Shown here: in pieces, positions 1-13,270 of the stretch
Position numbering within the stretch: the stretch's first letter is position 1
How the letters are laid out: the number at the start of each line of letters is the position of its first letter
Position numbers and translations under genes: made by a program
The notes under the pieces: model-generated
Database searches by the model: none
What the model was told of the DNA's origin: nothing
The model's input: the letters and a program-made list of their open reading frames with translations, nothing else
Assembly: GCF_006345805.1 (NCBI RefSeq)
Contig: NW_021833426.1
Span: 47,194 to 111,193, forward strand
Source: Octopus sinensis
Taxonomy: Eukaryota
Direction: 5' to 3'
Length of the DNA stretch: 64,000 nucleotides

Positions 1-1000
1 CACACAGATACACACACACACACACAAACACACACAAACACACACATAAACACAAAAAAGCACACCCACACACACACACAACAACAAACACAAACACACC
101 ACAACCACACACACAAACACACGCACAAACGCGCAAAAAACACAGATGCATTAATTCAACGCCACAACACACAAAAACACATACCACACGCATACACACC
201 GCTTGCACCACCCCACGCAAACACACGCATACACACACGCATACACACACGCACACACACACGCATACACACACGCTTACACACACGCATACACACACGC
301 ATACACACACGCATACACACACGCATACACACACGCATACACACACGCACACACACACGCATACACACACGCTTACACACACGCATACACACACGCATAC
401 ACACACGCATACACACACGCATACACACACGCATACACACACGCTTACACACACGCTTACACACACGCATACACACACGCATACACACACGCATACACAC
501 ACGCATACACACACGCATACACACACGCTTACACACACGCATACACACACGCTTACACACACGCATACACACACGCTTATACACACACGCATACACACAA
601 CAACTAACACACACGCATACACACACACGCATACACACCGCATACACACACGCACGCTACACACACGCATACACAACACAACACGCTTACACACATACAT
701 ACAACACCCGCATACACACACCATACACACACGCATACACACACCATACACACACGCATACACACACGCTTACACACACGCATACACACACGCATACACA
801 CACACACATACACAGACATACACACACATACATACACACACGCATACACACAGATACACACACGCTTACACACACGCATACACACGCATACACACACAGA
901 TACACACACGCATACACACACAGATACACACACGCATACACACACGCATACACGCATTCTTTCCTTCACGCACACACATACACTCTCTCACACACACACA
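1..1000. repeat. (CA)n-derived micro/minisatellite, ~12-bp unit ACACACACGCAT
   Basis: Directly visible tandem units; explains the VCMR/HAYT ORFs. Confidence 0.95.
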
Positions 1001-1184
1001 GACATTGTTTCTCTCTTCCTTCACTCTCCCTCTCTAACTCCGAAACTGATCTCAAAATAACTTCTCCCCCTCCCTCTCCTTCCACACTTAGGCGAATAAA
1101 GAAAGATGACTCTTACTCTGGAGAGAAAACTAGTCTACCTGAAATAATGCTCTCTCTCTCTCCTATGACAGACAGATGTACTAT

Positions 1185-1470
1185 ACAGAAGAAAATGGGG
1201 ATCTTTTCGGTTTGAACGGCAGTTTTTTCTAGCGGTGTCATATGAAATTGTCAACCATAATTATGACCCTAGTATCGATCTATTGCATTTCAATCTGTTT
1301 TAGGGTTAAGGTTGGTTAGGGTTAGGGGAAGGGTATCTTTTTTTCTTCACAGATGTAAATAAACCCAATCTGTTTCTTAAACGAGGGACATATTCATACG
1401 GCACAGAATGTTTTCACCTCAAATAGACGTCATTGATTAGTTGAAATTGCAGAAATTGAAGAAAAAAAAA
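1185..1470. mobile_element. Unclassified interspersed-repeat-like segment with internal TTAGGG-like tract
   Basis: ttagggttaaggttggttagggttagggg near 1300-1328; resembles non-autonomous Helentron-type repeats; single copy in window. Confidence 0.3.
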
Positions 1471-1489
1471 TATCTTACAGACTTACTTT

Positions 1490-1646
1490 ACTTTTACTAG
1501 TTTCAGTCATTTGACTGCGGCCATGCTGGAGCACCGCCTTTAGTCGAGCAAATCGACCCCGGGACTTATTCTTTGTAAGCCCAGTACTTATTCTATCGGT
1601 CTCTTTTGCCGAACCGCTAAGTGACAGGGACATAAACACACCAGCA
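1490..1646 (-). mobile_element. SINE family A, 3' fragment
   Basis: tttcagtcatttgactgcggccatgctggagcaccgcc motif recurs many times in the window. Confidence 0.85.
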
Positions 1647-1828
1647 TCTTCCTCCCCTTCATCTTCCTCCCCTTCACCTTCTTCCTCCTCTTCATCTCCT
1701 TCCCCTTCTTCTTCTTCTTCTTCCTCCTCTTCTTCTCCTTCTTCTTCTTCTCCTCCTCCCTCTCCTTCCTCTTCTTCTTCTTCCTCCTCTTCATCTTCGT
1801 CTTCATCTTCTTCCTCCTCCTCCTCCTC
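1647..1828. repeat. (TCT/TCC)n trinucleotide tract
   Basis: Visible; source of the poly-E and poly-K ORFs. Confidence 0.9.
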
Positions 1829-1912
1829 GGCACTGCTACTACCATTCAACATCTCACAGCAAACCGTTCTAACCTTTCTCTAAAGATTTAAGCTATTGCA
1901 GATCCCCACAAT

Positions 1913-2515
1913 AGGCGTAGTGGTTATGAGCCACGGGCTACTAACCCCAAGATTCCGAGTTCAGTTCCAAGCAGTGTCCTGAACACTAACAATAACAATA
2001 ATAATAATAATATCGAAAAATACTTTAGGAATGAGAACCCAGGTTCTAAATTTCCCCAAGACACCTGAAGAAGGCTGAAGGGTATTATTTCTTTATTGCC
2101 CACAAGGGGCTAAACACAGAGGGGATAAACAAGGACAGACAAAGGGATTAAGTCGAGTACATCGACCCCAGTGCGTAATTGGCACTTAATTTATCGACCC
2201 CGAAAGGATGAAAGGCAAAGTCGACCTCGGCGGAATTTGAACTCAGAACGTAACGGCAGACGAAATACCGCTAAGTATTTCGACCGGCGTGCTAACGATT
2301 CTGCCAGCTTGCCGCCTTAAAATATACTTTAGGAAAAAAAAAATACTTTAGGAATGAGAACCCAGGTTCGAAATTTCCCCAAGACACCTGATGAAGGCTT
2401 GAGGGTATATCAGCTGAAACATTGTGTTAACAACAAACAAGATGAGGACAAATATCCGTCGAATGTAAATAATGTAAATAATGTACATAATTCCTCGTCT
2501 CTTAAATATAGAATG
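1913..2515 (+). mobile_element. tRNA-headed element with hammerhead-like motif, interrupted by a family C SINE
   Basis: A-box-like ggcgtagtggtta and B-box-like gagttcagttcc; (AAT)n; acac-CTGATGA-aggct..agct-GAAA-catt-gtgt at 2384-2427. Confidence 0.55.
2085..2318 (-). mobile_element. SINE family C (Nin-domain-like)
   Basis: atcgaccccgaaaggatgaaaggcaaagtcgacctcggcggaatttgaactc motif, many copies in window. Confidence 0.85.
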
Positions 2516-3142
2516 TATTGTAGATCCTCTTTAAGTAATACTAGATGTGAGTTGGACAAAAGAACTGGGGTTAGAATTAAGTGTCAGAATTAGAATATCG
2601 AGTATGTGGAGGGGTTTAGAACTGATTTTCAGCCATTTTTTGCCCGTGGATCTCTCTGATCCTTATTTTATTCAGGGGTTGGCCGTCATAGCTATTTAAT
2701 GTTTAAAAAATCTTGTTATACTTTTATAATTAAATATTAGGGATTATATTTTATTGTTGTATTTAGGAATGGTCATTTCGCCAGTTTAGCTAATAAAAAC
2801 ACACGCACTATATATTTGGTGTTACTTTGCTTCAGTGTTATTCATTTTTTACATTAATCTTAATCTTATTTCGGCCAATTTTCTTCGTCACACTCCTGTG
2901 ACCGCATCAGTGGTTTGCTTTCTTCTTCTTTCTTATTTGTGTGTCTCTCCTTACTACCCATCAAGCCTTTTGTATATCTATTGTATGTGTCTCTTCATTT
3001 GCGCATGCGTATATCTCTATGTGATTGTATTCTAAAAAATGCTTAATTATGTGTATTGTAGATCAGCTGGAACTTTCGTCGTCGTAACCGACGGGGTGCC
3101 AGTAAATAGGTTAGAGACATAACTAGGCATCGATACTTTTTT

Positions 3143-3356
3143 TTACCTGTTTCAGTCATTCGACTGCGGCCATGCTGGAGCACCACCTTTATAGTCGAGC
3201 AAATCGACCCCAGGACTTATTCTTTGGAAGCCTGGTACTTATTCTATCGGTCTCCTTTGCCGAACCGCCAAGTTACGGGGACGTAAACACACCAGCATCG
3301 GTTGTCAAGTGATGTGGGGGGGACAAACACGACACGCAAATACACACACACACACA

Positions 3357-3402
<46 letters not shown>

Positions 3403-3590
3403 ATATATATATATATATATATATAGCGATTTTTTTCCTCTCTCTTCCCTTCTCTGGATCTTTCCTTCTCCTATGTTTCCGACGAAGAGCTCCGCTCGAA
3501 ACGTAACCCTTCTTCTTTCTTGAGCGTCCAATAATACTATATTTGTTCCACGTCCTCGCGTTGTTGTGTTTTTGGTGCTTTGGTTTTGAT

Positions 3591-3626
<36 letters not shown>

Positions 3627-3800
3627 TACATATATATATATATATATATACACGACGGGCTTCTTTCAGTTTCGTCTAACAAATCCACTCACAAGGCTTT
3701 GATCGACCCGAGATGACACTTGCCCAAAGTGCCACGCAGTGGGACTGAACCCAGAACCATATGGTTGGTTAGCAAGCTACTTACCACACAGCCACTCCTA
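3143..3800 (-). mobile_element. SINE family A, full length, with insertion in its internal microsatellite
   Basis: Head (accacacagccactcc) and tail both present. Confidence 0.85.
3425..3595 (+). mobile_element. Short (TA)n-embedded element with minimal hammerhead-like motif
   Basis: gttt-CCGACGA-agagc tcc gctc-GAAA-cgta; copies at 13750-13940(-) and 35660-35862(+). Confidence 0.7.
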
Positions 3801-4026
3801 AGTCTTGAACTTAGCAAACGCGGAAAATGTCTTTATAACCAGCTCATTGCACAAATATTTTAAAAGCAAAATCCTATCTGGACCGCTGTTGAAAACCACT
3901 GGTTTAGAACAAAGCTATTAATTCTGCCGTGAAATTTGGTGGGATATATACGGATTAGCTTTTTAGAATTAACGCGTTCTGGTTTCGTTACAACCATTAA
4001 ATGGATCTCCATTAATCTCGACAATG

Positions 4027-4440
4027 AGGCGCAGGAGTAGCTGTGTGGTAAGTAACTTGCTTACGAACCACATGGTTCCGGGTTCAGTCCCACAGCGTGG
4101 CACCTTGGGCAAGTGTCTTCTACTATAGCCTCGGGCCGACCAAAGCCTTGTGAGTGGATTTGGTAGACGGAAACTGAAAGAAGCCCGTCGTATATATGTA
4201 TATATATATATATGTGTGTGTGTATGTGTGTGTGTGTGTGTATGTGTGTGTGTTTGTCCCTCCAACATCGCTTGATAACCGATGCTGGTGTGTTTACGTC
4301 CCCGTAACTTAGCGGTTCGGCAAAAGTGACCGATAGAATAAGTACTAGGCTTACAAAGAATAAGTCCTGGTGTCGATTTGCTCGGCTAAATGCAGTGCTC
4401 CAGCATGGCCACGGTCAAATGACTGAAGCAAGCAAAAGAG
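4027..4440 (+). mobile_element. SINE family A (tRNA-like head, CORE-like ccttgggcaagt, internal TA/GT microsatellite)
   Basis: Full-length copy with A/B-box-like motifs. Confidence 0.9.
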
Positions 4441-4719
4441 TAACAGAGTAATGATTATCCCACTTGTTCGATCAAGTGAAATGGCTGCGCATTGAATTAG
4501 CGTGTAAGCGGCTGGCCGAGTATTCCATAGACATGACGTAATACTCAAACCAAATCTCAGGTCGAATCCGTCCGATGTGTTTCGACATAGTTTCTGTCTC
4601 CTTGATTTATTTCAAATGTCCTTATGTCGAACCGAGCAAATGGTAACAGACGCTCGGCCACAGGGCCACGCAAAGACATCACGCTAATAACTTTGTGATT
4701 AACAAGCGGAATTTTTAAC

Positions 4720-5190
4720 GTAGGAGTGGCTGTGTGGTAAGTAGCTTGCTCACCAACCACATGGTAGCGGGTTCAGTCCCGCTGCGTGGCTTCTTGGGCA
4801 AGTGCCTCCTACTGTAGCCTCGTGTCGACCAAAGCCTTGTGAGTGGATGTGGTAGACGGAGACTGAAAGAAGCCCATCGTATATATGTATATGTATATAT
4901 ATGTGTGTTTGTGTGTCTGTGTCTGTCCCCCCAACATCGCTTGACAACCGATGCTGGTGTGTTTACGTCCCCGTAACCTAGCGGTTCGGCAAAAGAGAAT
5001 AAGTACTAACAAATCCACTCACAAGGGTTTGGTCGGCCTGAGACTATAGTAGAAGACACTTGCCCAAGGTGCCATTGAACCCGGAATAAGTACTAGGCTT
5101 ACAAATAATAAGTCCCGGGGTCGATTTGCTCGACTATAAAGGCGGTGCTCCAGCATGGCCGCAGTCAAATGACTGAAACAAGTAAAAGAT
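4720..5190 (+). mobile_element. SINE family A with a short internal inverted segment
   Basis: Same family; 5008-5085 is an inverted piece of the head region. Confidence 0.8.
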
Positions 5191-5859
5191 AGTAAAAGAG
5201 CAACCACTTCCCTGTCATGTTTGCGTCCGGTTTTGTATTCGGCTACAGTGAGGGCATCGTAGTTAGGGTATTCGGCTCGCAATCATATAAGGTCGTGAGT
5301 TCGATTCCTGACGGCGCGTTTTGTCCTTGAGCATGACACTTTAAGTTCACGTTACTCCTGTTCATTCAGCTGGTAAAAATGAGTTGTGCTTGTACTTCAA
5401 AAGGGAGAAGCCTTGTCACATTCTGTGTCACGCTGAATCTCCTTGAGAATTACGTTAAGGCTACGCGTGTGTCTGCGGAGTGCTCAGCCGCTTGCATGCT
5501 AATTTTTACAAGCAGGCTGTTCCGTTGATCGGATCAGCTGGAACCTTCGTCGTCGTAACCGACGGGGTGCCGCTAATTAGGTTACAGACGTTACGCTGCA
5601 TCGATAGTCAACACGTTGAACTGCTCCGATCAATTTTGCAAGCAAATACGGAAAAGATTTCTTTATTTACTCTCACATTAACATTTTTTTTTTTACAAGC
5701 GGTTCTCTTTTCACTTAACTGTAATGTTTTAAAGTTCCACTGAAGTAAAATTTGACTCGGAAATATTGATTTCAAATTTTGGCACAAGGCCAGCATTTTC
5801 GAGGGAAGGTTTTCCAAAGTGGGTGGTATTGGAAAGTTCCAAGGGAACGTTGAAGAAAA

Positions 5860-7001
5860 GTAGGGCGATAATGGGAGAGCGATTCATGTAAAATGTGGAG
5901 CGATAATGAGGGGGGGAGAGATTGATGTAAAAAGTGAAACGATAATGGGGTATCGATTCGTGTAAAATGTGGGGCGATAATGGTGAATGATTCGTGTAAA
6001 AAGTGGGACGATAATGGTGGAGCGATTCGTGTAAAATTTGGGACGATAATTACGGAGCGATTCGTGTAAAATGTGGGACGATAACTAGGGAGCGATTCGT
6101 GTAAAAAGTGGGACGATAATTGGGGAGCGATTCGTGCAAAATGTAGGACGATAACTAGGGAGCGATTCGTGTGAAAAGTGGGACGATAATGGGGGAGCGA
6201 TTCGTGTAAAATGTGGGACGATAATGGGGGAGAGATTCGTGTAAAATGTGGGACGATAATGGGGGAGCGATTCATGTAAAATGTGGGACGATAATGGGTG
6301 AGCAATTCGTGTAAAATGTGGGTCGATAATTAGGGAGCGATTCGTGTAAAAAGTGGGACCATAATGGGGGAGCGATTCGTGTAAAATGTGGGACGATAAT
6401 GGGGGGAGCGATTCGTGTAAAATGTAGGACGGTAATTGGGGAGAGATTCGTGTAAAATGTGGGACGATAATGGGGAGTGATTCGTGTAAAATGTGGGACG
6501 ATAATGGGAGAGCGATTCGTGTAAAATGTGGGACGATAATGGGAGAGCGATTCGTGTAAAAAGTGGGACGATAATGGGAGAGCGATTCGTGTAAAAAGTG
6601 GGACGATAATGGGAGAGCGATTCGTGTAAAATGTGGGACGATAATGGAGGAGCGATTCGTGTAAAAAGTGGGACGATAATGGGAGAGCGATTCGTGTAAA
6701 ATGTGGGACGATAATGGTGAATGATTCGTGTAAACTGTGGTGCGATGATGGTGGAGCGATTCATGTAAAGTGTGGGACGAAATTGGGGGAGCGATTCATG
6801 TAAAATGAGGGAGTGATTCGTGTAAAATGTGGGACGATAATGGGGGAGGGATTCATGTAAAATGTGGGACGATAATTAGGGAGCGATTCGTGTAAAAAGT
6901 GGGACGATAATGGGGGAGCGATTCATGTAAAATGTGGGACGATAATGAGGGAGAGATTCGTGTAAAAAGTGGGACGATAATGGGTGAGCGATTCATGTAA
7001 A
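5860..7001. repeat. Minisatellite, ~37-38 bp unit GCGATTCGTGTAAAATGTGGGACGATAATGGGGGA
   Basis: About 30 contiguous tandem units with no unique spacers. Confidence 0.95.
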
Positions 7002-7896
7002 AGCAACAAAATAATGGGTTCATTAGGTTAAATTTTATTTGCGAAATACTGTTGTTTTGAATTTGCTTCAGAAAGAAGTCTATGTTTGTGGTGGTTAACT
7101 GGTGGTGGGGCGCAAGGAGTGTGGGGTGGGTGTGAATGGGACAGCAGCCCGAAAAAAGTTTGGGAACTACTTGGTTAAGTCGATTACATCGATCCCACTG
7201 AAAAATGATGAAAGGCAAAGTCGACCCCGGCAGTATTTGAACTCAGCGGCATTTCGTCCGTCTTCCCGTTCTAAGCATTTTGCTCGGCGTGCTAGCGATT
7301 CAATTTGCCTCAGTAATATTATCGGTCAGAGGAAGGCGGCAAGCTGGCAGAAACGTTAGCACACCGGGCGAAATCCTTAGCTGTATTTCATCTGTCTTTA
7401 CGTTCTGACTTCAAATTCCACCGAGGTCGACTTTGTTTTCGTGCTTTTGGGGTCGATGAATTAAGTACGAGTTGCGTACATCGGTCGATTTAATATTCCC
7501 CCAAATTTCGGGCCTTGTGCCTAGAGTCGAAAAGAATAATTTGCAGTTTGGTCTCATGATCCGGAGTTCTTTTTTTGCTTTTAGATTTTGTTTCGTCTTG
7601 TTTTATCCTGTCAGTTTTTTTTTTTTCCTCGCTTGTAAAAGCTCGTGGTCTAGTGTTTAGGGTGTTGTATTCATGATCGCCAGGTTATAGGCTTCATTCC
7701 CGGACTGGGCGGCGTGTTGTATTCTGGAGCAAAACATCATTTCACGTTCTGTTAGTGCTATGTGGGGGACCGGCATGCCAATGAGTATATCCAACGTTTC
7801 CATCTGCATGTTGCAAAGGAAAAGTGGTTGAAGTAGGAATTGCACTCCGACTGACCTATAGGTTGGCGCGTTGGCGCCTGAGTGGCGGAGAGGTGT

Positions 7897-7929
<33 letters not shown>

Positions 7930-8074
7930 GTTTATTGTAGTATAGGCAGCAGGGGAATTGCCACTCAACATTTCAGAGGTTCGAATAGATGGGAATCAGA
8001 AAGAAACTGTAGTTAGCAAGAGAAAAGATTTTGTGTTAAAGAAAAAAGTCAGGAACTGGGTTAAAGAGGAAAAG

Positions 8075-9438
8075 AGAAAGATGACCAGATGAAGAGAAAG
8101 ATGACCAGATGAAGGGAAAGATGACCAGATGAAGAGAAAGATGACCAGATGAAGGGAAAGATGACCAGATGAAGGGAAAGATGACCAGATGAAGAGAAAG
8201 ATGACCAGATGAAGAGAAAGATGACCAGATGAAGGGAAAGATGACCAGATGAAGAGAAAGATGACCAGATGAAGGGAAGATGACCAGCTGAAAGAGAAAG
8301 ATAACCAGATGAAGAGACAGATAATCAGATGAAGAGAGAAAGAGAGACCAGATGAAGAGAACAGTAACCAGATGACGAGACAGATGACCAGATGAAGAGA
8401 CAGATGACCAGATGAAGAGACAGATGACCAGATGAAGAGACAGATGACCAGATGAAGAGACAGATGACCAGATGAAGAGACAGATGACCAGATGAAGAGA
8501 CAGATGACCAGATGAAGAGACAGATGACTAGATGAAGAGAAAGATAACCAGATGACGAGAAAGATAACCAGATGAAGAGAAAGATGACCAGATGAAGAGA
8601 AAGATGACCAGATGAAGAGAAAGATGACCAGATGAAGAGAAAGATGACCAGATGAAGAGAAAGATGACCAGATGAAGAGAAAGATGACCAGATGAAGAGA
8701 CAGATGACCAGATGAAGAGACAGATGACTAGATGAAGAGAAAGATAACAGATGACGAGAAAGATAACCAGATGAGAGAAAGATGACCAGATGAAGAGAAA
8801 GATGACCAGATGAAGAGAAAGATGACCAGATGAAGAGAAAGATGACCAGATGAAGAGAAAGATGACCAGATGAAGAGAAAGATGACCAGATGAAGAGACA
8901 GATGACCAGATGAAGAGACAGATGACCAGATGAAGAGAAAGATGACCAGATGAAGAGAAAGATGACCAGATGAAGAGACAGATGACCAGATGAAGAGAAA
9001 GATGACCAGATGAAGAGACAGATGACCAGATGAGGAAAGATGACCGGATGAAGAGAAAGATGACCGGATGAAGAGACAGATGACTAGATGAAGAGAAAGA
9101 TGACCAGATGAAGAGAAAGATGACCAGATGAAGAGAAAGCTAACCAGATGAAGAGAAAGATGACCAGATGAAGAGAAAGATGACCAGATGAAGAGAAAGA
9201 TAACCAGATGAAGAGACAGATAACCAGATGAAGAGAAAGATGACCAGAGGAAGAGAAAGATGACCAGATGAAGAGAAAGATGACCAGATGAAGAGAAAGA
9301 TGACCAGATGAAGAGAAAGATGACCAGATGAAGAGAAAGATAACCAGATGAAGAGACAGATAACCAGATGAAGAGAAAGATGACCAGAGGAAGAGAAAGA
9401 TGACCAGATGAAGAGAAAGATGACCAGATGAAGAGAAA
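8075..9438. repeat. Minisatellite, 20-bp unit ATGACCAGATGAAGAGAAAG
   Basis: Highly homogeneous tandem array. Confidence 0.97.
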
Positions 9439-9751
9439 AAGTGGAAGAGAGAGTTGAGTTAGGAAGGATGTTGTTGGAACCAAGTTCAAAGACCAACTGC
9501 AAAATACAAAACGACCTGTAGATTGCGCTCGTCAGAGATGAAATCTATTTATCACCGTATTGAATATAAACAGAGCGATAACCAACTATTGGGCACTAAC
9601 AATCTACGGATTGCCGTAAAGATGTCGTTTTTCTGATGCGTTTCTCACTTCAGAATCTGGTCTAGGAGGTCTGGAAGTGCTTAGAATATCGTATATATTG
9701 TATTTATTTATATATATATATGTGTGTGTGTGTGTAAATATATGTGTATGT

Positions 9752-10088
9752 TGAAACCCCCTTCGGTCATGACTGACCGTGGGATTGCACCTAGAAAGTT
9801 CCCATCCTAGGCACAAGCCCGGGCAATGTTGTTTATGGAAGACCAGCTGTCGCCCATGCATACCGGCCTCTCCTCTCCATGCCACCAATGTTATCCAAGG
9901 GAAAGGCAAAGGGGCCGACACAGCTTGGCACCAGTGACGTCGCAACTCATTTCTACAGCTGAGTGAACTGGAGCATCGTGAAATAAAGTGTTTTGCTCAA
10001 GAACACAACCCGCAGCCCGGTCCGGGATTTGAGCTCACAACCTCACGATCGTAAGCGCAACGCTCTAACCACTGAGCTATACGCCTTC
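9752..10088 (-). mobile_element. SINE family D
   Basis: Shared with 44440-44667, 52530-52720 and 57530-57800; tRNA-like head on minus strand. Confidence 0.8.
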
Positions 10089-10549
10089 ATATATGTGCAT
10101 GTATGCATATATACATATATGTAGGCGCAGGAGTGGCTGTGTGGTAAGTAGCTTGCTAACCAACCACATGGTTCCGGGTTCAGTCCCACTGCATGGCATC
10201 TTGGGCAAATGTCTTCTGCTATAGCCCCGGGCTGACCAATACCATGTGAGTGTAGGTGTATATAATGAACTTGTTTTCCTTCATGAAGTACAACACATGT
10301 AATACCTGCCTGTAAGATTTATTTTTTAAGAGATAAATAAAAGATCTCTGGATATAAATCTTACCACGTTTTTCTTTCCTGCTCTAGACAGCCGCAAAGA
10401 CTGTTCGCATTACATGTTGCATGTACATACTACATGTTACAACATGTGAGATGGACTACATTACTATACACCACATGTACTCGACTTCGAATGAATGGCT
10501 CTGATTGTTAACATTTGCAGGCGCTGCTCAAGTATAATCTATATAACTT

Positions 10550-10738
10550 GCGCGCGCGCGCACACACACACACATACACACACATACACCACACACACAC
10601 ACACACACACTCACATAGATACTTACAAATACATACATACACACATGTGTGTATGTGTGTGTATACAAATACTTTATGTATATACAAAAATACATTTTAT
10701 ATATACGTACATTATATGTGTATATATATATATGATAC

Positions 10739-10772
<34 letters not shown>

Positions 10773-11450
10773 ATACATATATGTGTGTGTGTATATCTCT
10801 ATTTATAATATATATATATGATATATGTGTGTGTGTGTATATATATATAATATGTTTATATATATATATATATGTGTGTGTGTGGTGTGTGTGGTGTGTG
10901 TGTGTGTACATATATATTAAAATATATGTATATATATATATATATGTGTGTGTGTATATACATAAATCATATATATATACATATATTTTATATATATATA
11001 TATATATAAAATATATGTATATATATATGATATGTGTATACACACACACACCACACACAACACATATATATACACACATACACATGTATGTTATGTATGT
11101 ACTAACAAACAAACGGACACACAATCACCAACCCAAAAGCCACCCCACCATTCGAGACAGCACGAACACAATACAGAGAAACTAATCTGATTGGATGATT
11201 TCATGATGCATATTGCTGGTGGTGGTGATGATGATTGTGATGTTGATCGTGACGGTGGCGGTTTATGATGACGGCGGTGGTGTAATGGCGGTGAAGTGGG
11301 AATGACGGCCATTGTGTGTGTACATACATACATATGTGTATGTATATGTGTGTGTATATATATATGTGCATATGTGTGTATATATATATATGTGCATATA
11401 TGTGTGTGTATATATATGTATGTATGTGTGTGTGTATATATGTATGTATG

Positions 11451-11513
<63 letters not shown>

Positions 11514-11674
11514 TACACACACACACACGAGTGAGTAATTTTTCTTTATTGTGAAATGTTTATACTTAATGTTTATATATGAATAGATTCTCACACATAT
11601 CTAACGAAACACATTAAATATACATAAACATTGAATATAGTGTACGTACACACAGATACACATATATATATACA

Positions 11675-11711
<37 letters not shown>

Positions 11712-12291
11712 CCACGTTTATGTGTGAGCATATATATGTGTATATAAATGAAATAACATACATTTTATATACATGCATACATAAATAGATATGTGCACCT
11801 CTCTCTCTATATATACATACATGCGTATATAAAGCTGTGTTTGTGTAAGTACATACACATTTGTCTATACATGTATGTATATGCATGTGCGTCTGTGTAC
11901 GCACGTACAGGCACATGCTTATATCTACTCGTATGTACACACTCACATACAAAAAGAATACACACAAATATAAATTTGAATTCTTTTTATTGCGTTTTAT
12001 CATGAATGAAAGCAAACTCTCTCCACATCGTCTCTTTCCATTCCCATCCACGCTCACACACAAACATATATATAAATACACACACACGTTTTACACACAC
12101 ACACACATGGAATAAACGCACAAATATAGTTATTATTCTTTAGTAATAATAGTTTTGTCAGCGACTTCTAAGTTTCTACCTGATTAGCCTTCACCAAGGA
12201 AGGCTTAAGGAGGCCGAAACTTTGAAGTTACTATCAACACTCTTCTTGTTAAAGAGTAATATATATATATTATATATATATATATATATTA

Positions 12292-12338
<47 letters not shown>

Positions 12339-12371
12339 ATATATACTATATATATATATATTATATATATA

Positions 12372-12402
<31 letters not shown>

Positions 12403-12420
12403 GATAATATATATATATAG
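10550..12420. repeat. Compound TA/CA/TATG microsatellite region
   Basis: Visible low complexity. Confidence 0.85.
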
Positions 12421-12710
12421 TGGAGGCGCAATGGCCCAGTGGTTAGGGTAGCGGACTCGCGGTCGTAGGATCGCGGTTTCGATTCCCAGACCGGGCGTTG
12501 TGTGTGTTTATTGAGCGAAAACACCTAAAAGCTCCACGAGGCTCCGGCAGGGGGTGGTGATCCCTGCTGTACTCCTTCACCACTCTTTCTCTCACTCTTT
12601 CTTCTGTTGGCCTGCTCGCTTAGCCAGCGGGGCTGGCGTCATTCGAAGGCTAAAACAATACCAGCGATGTGTAGCAACATCTGATGGTCTGGTCGGTGAC
12701 GTGATCACCT
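12421..12710 (+). mobile_element. SINE family B (tRNA-derived head ggaggcgcaatggcccagtggttaggg)
   Basis: A box tggcccagtgg, B box ggtttcgattccc; multiple copies. Confidence 0.88.
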
Positions 12711-12914
12711 GATATATATATATTATATATATATATATATATAAAATAATTCCTGGGTTTATGTCAAAACTTGAAAGAATATTTAGTACTCCACGCCATC
12801 AAAACTTTTTGAGGATTATTTGATTTTTCTCTCCTGTTAGTACAATTCGAAACAACTTGGCATCACATTCCCTTTCAAATTATTCTTATGAGACTAATGG
12901 ATTAATCTTTCATT

Positions 12915-13130
12915 CATTTACTTGTTTCAGTCATTTGACTGTGGCCATGCTGGAGCACCGCCTTTTTAGTCGAGCAAATCGACCCCAGAACTTATTCTTT
13001 GTAAGCCTAGTACTTATTCTATCGGTCTCTTTTGCCGGACCACTAAGTAACGGGGACGTAAACACACCAGCATCGGTTGTCAAGCGATGTTGGGGGAGGA
13101 GAGGCAAACACAACACACAAACATGCACAT

Positions 13131-13166
<36 letters not shown>

Positions 13167-13270
13167 CGACGGGCTTCTTTCAGTTTCCGTCTTCCACTCA
13201 CAAGGCTTTGGTCGTCTCGAAGCTATAGTAGAAGACACTTGCCCAAGGTGCCACGCAGTGGGACTGAACC
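12915..13270 (-). mobile_element. SINE family A, flanked by a ~160 bp direct duplication
   Basis: 12752-12908 repeated at 13272-13437. Confidence 0.85.

Noticed and set aside
156-975. Repetitive ORFs (VCMR/HAYT) and the many YI/CV/HT ORFs across the window
   Set aside because: Translations of microsatellites with no coding evidence
1300-1330. Telomeric array
   Set aside because: Only a few degenerate TTAGGG units inside an interspersed segment
1475-1852. Poly-Glu ORF
   Set aside because: Trinucleotide repeat fused to a SINE tail
5860-7001. CRISPR-like periodicity (~37 bp)
   Set aside because: Units are contiguous with no unique spacers; eukaryotic context and no cas genes
8728-9502. Hydrophobic repeat protein ORFs
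   Set aside because: Antisense reading of the 20-bp minisatellite
12193-12227. Additional hammerhead-like motifs (also ~17242 and ~26955-26990 minus)
   Set aside because: Core or stems too degenerate to call individually
12421-12497. tRNA gene
   Set aside because: tRNA-derived SINE head continuing into SINE body; many dispersed copies
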